From assembly GCA_021796335.1 (NCBI GenBank), contig JAJYHZ010000001.1:331870-395869 (forward strand): DNA of 64,000 bases, written 5' to 3'. This DNA comes from a bacterium. Its GTDB lineage: Bacteria; Patescibacteriota; Minisyncoccia; UBA6257; UBA9933. A model generated the notes under the pieces. That model was not told where the DNA came from and ran no database searches. It saw only the letters and a list, made by a program, of their open reading frames with translations. Numbering within the stretch: position 1 is the stretch's first letter; each line of letters opens with the position of its first letter. Position numbers and translations under genes: made by a program. This document shows positions 59,509-64,000 of the stretch, piece by piece.

Positions 59509-61248
59509 ATGGACACCGAAACCAAGCTCAAATACATCTCCTACACCCGAAAAAGCACTGAAAGCGAGGACAGGCAGATTTTATCGTTAGATGATCAAGA
59601 AAAAGAATTGAAGGTTATTGAAAAACGCAATAATTTGAATATCGTCCAAAGATTTGCCGGAACTTCCAACGGCGAAAGCCAATCCGCCCATAAAAGAGGC
59701 AGGCCGATATTTAATTTCATAATGGGTCAGATCGATAAAGGCAAAGCCAACGCTTTATTAGTTTGGCATCCCAACAGATTAGCCAGAAACGCTTATGACG
59801 GAGGTTTGATTATAACTTTAATGGATGAAAATAAGTTAATTGAAGTAAAAACCGCCCATAGGACTTATTCCAATACTCCGGAGGATAAATTTATGCTCCA
59901 ATTGGAATTCGGCATGGCCAAGAAATCATCGGACGACAACAGCGTTGCCGTAAAAAGAGGGTTAAAAACAAAACTGGAAATGGGTTGGTATCCCAGTAGA
60001 GCGCCGTTAGGATATTTGAATTCAATAACCAAAGAAAAAGGATCAAATGAAATAATCAAAGATCCTGAAAGGTTTGAATTAATAAAAAGAATGTGGCAAA
60101 TGATGATTACAGGAAATTATACTCCGCCTCAAATATTACAAATTGCCAACAAGGAATGGAATTTGAAAACCAGACCGACCAAGAAATACGCAGGGCTAAA
60201 ATCTTTATCCCGAAGCGCGATTTATAAAATCTTCACTAATCCTTTTTATTACGGATTTTTTGAGTATCACAATAATTTATACAAAGGCAATCACGAACCA
60301 ATGATAACCGAGGAGGAATTTGACCGCGTGCAAAAATTCTTAGGCAGACGAGGAAATCCCAGAGCCATAACAAAACGTTTCGCTTTTACCGGATTAATGA
60401 AATGCGGAAATTGCGGAGCCATGATAACCGCCGAGGAGAAAACCAAAAGGCAAAAGAACGGCAATGTCCACCATTATGTTTATTACAGGTGTACCAAAAG
60501 AAAAGACGAACATTGCCCTGAAAAAGCTATAAGGTTAGACGAATTAAATAATCAAATAAACCAGATAATCAACGCCTTAACAATCTCTGACGAATTCAGA
60601 AATTGGGCCATTAAATACCTGCACGAAATAAGAAAAACCCAAGCTAAGGCTAATGAAAAAGGAATTGAAAACAAGCAAAAGGAATTAACCAGAATTATAA
60701 AGCAATTAGACAGCCTTTTACTCAAATACACGGCTCCGGAAAATTCAGACGGAAATCTTATCTCAAGCGACGAATATCAAGCTCTCAAAACCCGCCTTAT
60801 TAAGCAAAAATTAGCCCTTGAAAGCGATTTAACGGATCAAGGAAAGCAAATCAACGAATGGGTTGAATTAAGCGAAAGAACGTTCAATTTTGCCAGATAC
60901 GCGAGCATCCATTTCAACAACGGAGATATGGAAACCAAAAGAGCTATTTTCGCATGCTTAGGTTCTCACCTTATTATAAAAAATCAAAAACTGAGCATTG
61001 ATCTGCATCCAATGTTTGAAACTATTTTTGAAAATAAGAATAAAGCAGAAACTGAAATTATAAAGGTTATCACCTCTAAAATATCAGATAATATCGGGCA
61101 ATTTATGGAATTTTTGGTAAATTGTCCTTCGTTGCGGAGGCGGAAGGATTCGAACCTTCGAGAGGATTTCTCCCCTAACATCTTAGCAGGATGCTGCTTT
61201 AAACCACTCAGCCACGCCTCCACACTAATTGAGTTTAGGAAATATTAA
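59509..61248 (+). CDS. Large serine recombinase (unit A); C-terminus reads through the antisense of tRNA-Ser
   Basis: YTRKST, NRLARN, CGNCG...YYRC; last ~36 codons are the antisense tRNA and flank. Confidence 0.93.
   Translation: MDTETKLKYISYTRKSTESEDRQILSLDDQEKELKVIEKRNNLNIVQRFAGTSNGESQSAHKRGRPIFNFIMGQIDKGKANALLVWHPNRLARNAYDGGLIITLMDENKLIEVKTAHRTYSNTPEDKFMLQLEFGMAKKSSDDNSVAVKRGLKTKLEMGWYPSRAPLGYLNSITKEKGSNEIIKDPERFELIKRMWQMMITGNYTPPQILQIANKEWNLKTRPTKKYAGLKSLSRSAIYKIFTNPFYYGFFEYHNNLYKGNHEPMITEEEFDRVQKFLGRRGNPRAITKRFAFTGLMKCGNCGAMITAEEKTKRQKNGNVHHYVYYRCTKRKDEHCPEKAIRLDELNNQINQIINALTISDEFRNWAIKYLHEIRKTQAKANEKGIENKQKELTRIIKQLDSLLLKYTAPENSDGNLISSDEYQALKTRLIKQKLALESDLTDQGKQINEWVELSERTFNFARYASIHFNNGDMETKRAIFACLGSHLIIKNQKLSIDLHPMFETIFENKNKAETEIIKVITSKISDNIGQFMEFLVNCPSLRRRKDSNLREDFSPNILAGCCFKPLSHASTLIEFRKY
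61135..61221 (-). tRNA. tRNA-Ser(GCT)
   Basis: GGAGGCG...GCATC-CTGCTAA-GATGT, long variable arm, GAAGG TTCGAAT CCTTC CGCCTCC G. Confidence 0.95.
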
Positions 61249-61530
61249 AAGTATCTTCAAGCCTTCTCTTTAATTGCCCTAAAGCTCTCGCGTTCAGTTT
61301 TAAATTATGTTCTCGTTTTCTCGCGTCATTTTCAGAAAGATAGGCTTCATAATAAATTAATTTAAACGGTATTCTTGATTTTGTAGAAATTGATCTCCCT
61401 GAATTATGCTCTCCAATTCTTCTCCGTAAATTATCAGTGGAACCAATATAAAAGTCATTATCTTTTAAGCTTTTTAGAATATAAACAAAGAACATATTAA
61501 AAACTCAATTAGTGTGGGGGCACGCCTCCA
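61213..61530 (-). mobile_element. GIY-YIG mini-element with TIRs and 10-bp duplication of the tRNA-Ser 5' end
   Basis: 17-bp perfect IR 61220-61236 / 61501-61517; CACGCCTCCA at 61213-61222 and 61521-61530. Confidence 0.8.
61235..61495 (-). CDS. Stand-alone GIY-YIG nuclease
   Basis: FVYIL...FYIGST.NL.RR..EHN.G...T..R.P..LIYYE......A..RE. Confidence 0.92.
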   Translation of the reverse strand: MFFVYILKSLKDNDFYIGSTDNLRRRIGEHNSGRSISTKSRIPFKLIYYEAYLSENDARKREHNLKLNARALGQLKRRLEDTFNIS

Positions 61531-61831
61531 GTAGAGCTAAAATTAGCACAAATTTAATGTTTTATCAATTTAATTGATAGACTATGGAGTAAATAAATTG
61601 ACATTGACAACAATATCTAAAATTGTTTATTAAAAGTTAGGCTCATTCGAGCAACGCACATTTATTTTTAAATATGGAGGGTTTATAAAATACCTATATC
61701 AAATCGGCGACTATATTTATTGCCTTGCATAAATGGGGACGTACGGAAAATTGACCGTACCGAGACTTTTAACGACTACATTCGCACTCAGATTGATTAT
61801 CAACCGAGAGTGCTAACCTTTTAAGGAGGAG

Positions 61832-63010
61832 ATGATGAGAAAATCGCGTTTGCCCCAAGGAGGCGAAAACATCTTTCAGAAAATCAAAAGAATTTCCGCG
61901 GAAGCCGAAGCCAAGGGCGTGAAGATTTACCGCCTGTCCATTGGTCAGCCCAAAGGCCCGGCCATCGAGAGTGCAAGAAAAGCGGCTTCATTGGCCATAC
62001 TGTCAGATGAAGAGCGAATGCACGAATATCAGGACAATGGTTCGCCCGGCTGTCCCGACTTCGCGAAAAAATTCGTGCAGGCACATATATCATCAGTATC
62101 GCTTGACGGTGCTGATGTGGCTTACTTGCCGATCCCCGGCATTAAGCCGATGCTCCCTCAGGTAATAATGGCATGCGGTAAAAACGTAATAGTCGCGGGA
62201 ATGACCAGACCCGGCTATCCGGTTCCCGAAACATGGGCAAACTACCTTGACCAGATCTACATCCCCTTATCGACCAATCCGGATAACTATTTTCTTTGTC
62301 ACTCAGACGAATTGTCGAGTGGCAGCGTTGATTTAGTCATGTGCAATTACCCGCACAATCCAAGCGGGCAAATTGCAACACGGGAATTCTGGGAAAACTT
62401 TTGCGAAATATGCGTTGAAACCAACACGCGGCTTTTTAACGATGCCGCATATGCCATGCTGGCACATTCGCCTAAGGCCTGTACACTGGCTGAAGTTGCC
62501 ATAAAATTTCCTTTATCCTGGGCCGAAGCATATTCGGCCTCAAAAGTAATCGGAAATGGCACTGGCTGGCGCATAGCAGCTATGGTCGGTTCTCCGGATT
62601 TTATCGGAGACATTGCCACTATTAAAGGCAACACCGACAGCGGCTTCAATGCCGCGCTCGCCAACGGCGTTTTGACTGCCGTAGAAAAAGACAAGGCAAC
62701 AATCGACTCCATCCGCGAGACCTATGCTGCAAGGCTATCCTGGCTTAACACCGTGTTAGGCAGCTATGGCATGAAACTTGCCGTGGAGCCAAGCGCCGGA
62801 TTCTTCAGTTTGTTTATGGTTCCCCGGAAAGCTTTTGGTCAGTCCATAAAAGATGCCGAACAATTCAATACCTTGATGATACAGAACACCGGAATAGTTG
62901 GTGTTCATTTTAGGGAGTACATCAGGTATTCGGTCACCGCGCCGCTCGAAAATATCGAGTGGCAGGAAACAATCCATGAAGGGTTCAAAAAAGCAAACGT
63001 TTCGTATTAA
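61832..63010 (+). CDS. PLP-dependent aminotransferase class I/II (LL-DAP aminotransferase-like)
   Basis: NYPHNPSG, FNDAAY, SASK....TGWRI; AAGGAGG RBS. Confidence 0.8.
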   Translation: MMRKSRLPQGGENIFQKIKRISAEAEAKGVKIYRLSIGQPKGPAIESARKAASLAILSDEERMHEYQDNGSPGCPDFAKKFVQAHISSVSLDGADVAYLPIPGIKPMLPQVIMACGKNVIVAGMTRPGYPVPETWANYLDQIYIPLSTNPDNYFLCHSDELSSGSVDLVMCNYPHNPSGQIATREFWENFCEICVETNTRLFNDAAYAMLAHSPKACTLAEVAIKFPLSWAEAYSASKVIGNGTGWRIAAMVGSPDFIGDIATIKGNTDSGFNAALANGVLTAVEKDKATIDSIRETYAARLSWLNTVLGSYGMKLAVEPSAGFFSLFMVPRKAFGQSIKDAEQFNTLMIQNTGIVGVHFREYIRYSVTAPLENIEWQETIHEGFKKANVSY

Positions 63011-63028
63011 CCCTCGAACAAAACTTAA

Positions 63029-63058
63029 AACCCCCCGGCTTACCGGGGGTTATTTTTT
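63029..63058 (+). terminator. Intrinsic terminator
   Basis: aaccccccgg ctta ccgggggtt followed by a T-run. Confidence 0.8.
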
Positions 63059-63135
63059 AATTTCTAAAATTTGCTCAAAAATAAATCCCCTCTTGCGAAG
63101 GGATTTCCTTAAAAATTCAGGGAGTAATTAATTTC

Positions 63136-63366
63136 TTATTTTATTATTGCGCCGATGCACATCATTCCATCGCAAGGATTGCGCGAAGTTACATATAATG
63201 CGAACTCTTTGGCTTCGCGCTTATCGGTGATGATATGCGAACTCCTTGTCATCACCATGCATCCTTTGCAATCGGCTGCGCACTCTACGATTTTCTCTGT
63301 TGTCTCCGGAGCTTCCATCATGGTTATCACCGTAATGGTTGCTCCGTTTTTACTTCTGTTCATCAA
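63136..63366 (-). CDS. Small Cys-containing hypothetical protein
   Basis: AGGAGG RBS; CxxxCxxC. Confidence 0.5.
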   Translation of the reverse strand: MMNRSKNGATITVITMMEAPETTEKIVECAADCKGCMVMTRSSHIITDKREAKEFALYVTSRNPCDGMMCIGAIIK

Positions 63367-63548
63367 ACACTCCTCCTTTGACGTTTTTAATACGGGCTTT
63401 TAACCCGTTTTTTATAAAAATTAGCCTCCCAAAAATAAAGTAGCTTTTTTTATTATTTATTATTTTAACAAATTAGTCAAGAGTTAAAAATAAAAAATAT
63501 CAGAGGTGGCATCGTTAACGCTGCCACCTCTTAAAAATCATCACATCC

Positions 63549-63836
63549 CTACCCGCCGGAAATAGCGGGAATAACGGAAATCTCATCGCCGTTATTCAAC
63601 TGAGTTTTATCACCGCCAAGGAATCGGTAATCATTTTCATTTATGAAAAAATTAATAAATTTATTAATTGATCCGTCTCCCTTGAAAAACCTTTCTTTTG
63701 CCTCCGGACGAAGTGCGACAAGCTCGTTAAGCGCATCCCGTAAAGTGAAATTTTCCGAATTTGTTTCGATTTTTATCTCACCTTCACCGAATAAACGCGA
63801 AAGAATTTGGCTGTTTAATAAAAAGGTGATTTTCAT
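63549..63836 (-). CDS. MoaD/ThiS/SAMP ubiquitin-like protein
   Basis: beta-grasp pattern, FINFFIN..D, C-terminal PAISGG; terminator at 63502-63531. Confidence 0.9.
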   Translation of the reverse strand: MKITFLLNSQILSRLFGEGEIKIETNSENFTLRDALNELVALRPEAKERFFKGDGSINKFINFFINENDYRFLGGDKTQLNNGDEISVIPAISGG

Positions 63837-64000
63837 TTTTCCTCCTTTTCAATCGTTATTGCGTTTTGAAAGTGCCCTTTATGTGAACCCTTTTCGGGGG
63901 TAATTTAAAAAACAAAAAATCGCCTTTCATAGACGACGTATCCAAAAAAATTTTGTATCTTTCCCAAATGGGATGGATTTCACACCTTTTCCGAATCGGA

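Larger units (their letters stand above)
55602..61137. mobile_element. Unit A: ~5.5-kb serine-recombinase integrative element in tRNA-Ser 3' end
   Basis: TTGCGGAG at 55601 and 61132 (the tRNA acceptor end); recombinase plus divergent nuclease/MTase cargo. Confidence 0.85.

Noticed and set aside
48790-61137. The 122-bp direct repeat as attL/attR of one 12-kb island
   Set aside because: Both copies lie on the same side of the core and are recombinase coding sequence, not tRNA sequence. A tandem array explains all four junctions better.
48790-61137. Diversity-generating retroelement TR/VR pair, or retron
   Set aside because: No reverse transcriptase in the window, and mismatches are not confined to adenines of one copy.
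61781-61817. CIRCE element or lysine riboswitch
   Set aside because: The GCACTC/GAGTGC spacing is 18 rather than 9, and the lysine riboswitch 5' consensus is not recognisable.
1-64000. CRISPR array, cas genes or rRNA
   Set aside because: No regularly spaced 25-40-bp repeats, no Cas motifs and no rRNA-like sequence seen.

Overview
An AT-rich bacterial chromosome segment, most consistent with Patescibacteria/CPR (Parcubacteria-like; inferred from the compact genes, short DnaX and DUF5666/DUF389 content). RF2 is present and TGA is used as a stop (code 11). From 1 to 48 kb, housekeeping genes (ftsEX, prfB, serS, dnaX, obgE, ftsB-like, lepA, tRNA-Thr, tRNA-Gln) are mixed with accessory efflux, metal, acid-stress and envelope genes. 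From 48.1 to 61.2 kb lies a tandem array of three integrative units at the 3' end of tRNA-Ser(GCT), separated by a TGCGG core. Their large serine recombinase genes contain their own attP, so each recombinase C-terminus comes from the neighbouring unit. Cargo is defence-related: a CD-NTase with a TM/NARF-like partner, LexA, an MjaII-like RM pair, a MutH-like nuclease with a beta-class MTase, and NucS-DUF5655. The middle unit carries a second, intact, inverted copy of its own attP. A separate signal is a ~300-bp GIY-YIG element with terminal inverted repeats and a target duplication at the tRNA-Ser 5' end. Four decayed relatives sit on gene start codons elsewhere in the window; three duplicate ATGAA and two retain recognisable GIY-YIG remnants. 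All family assignments are from motif recognition by eye; no database searches were run.
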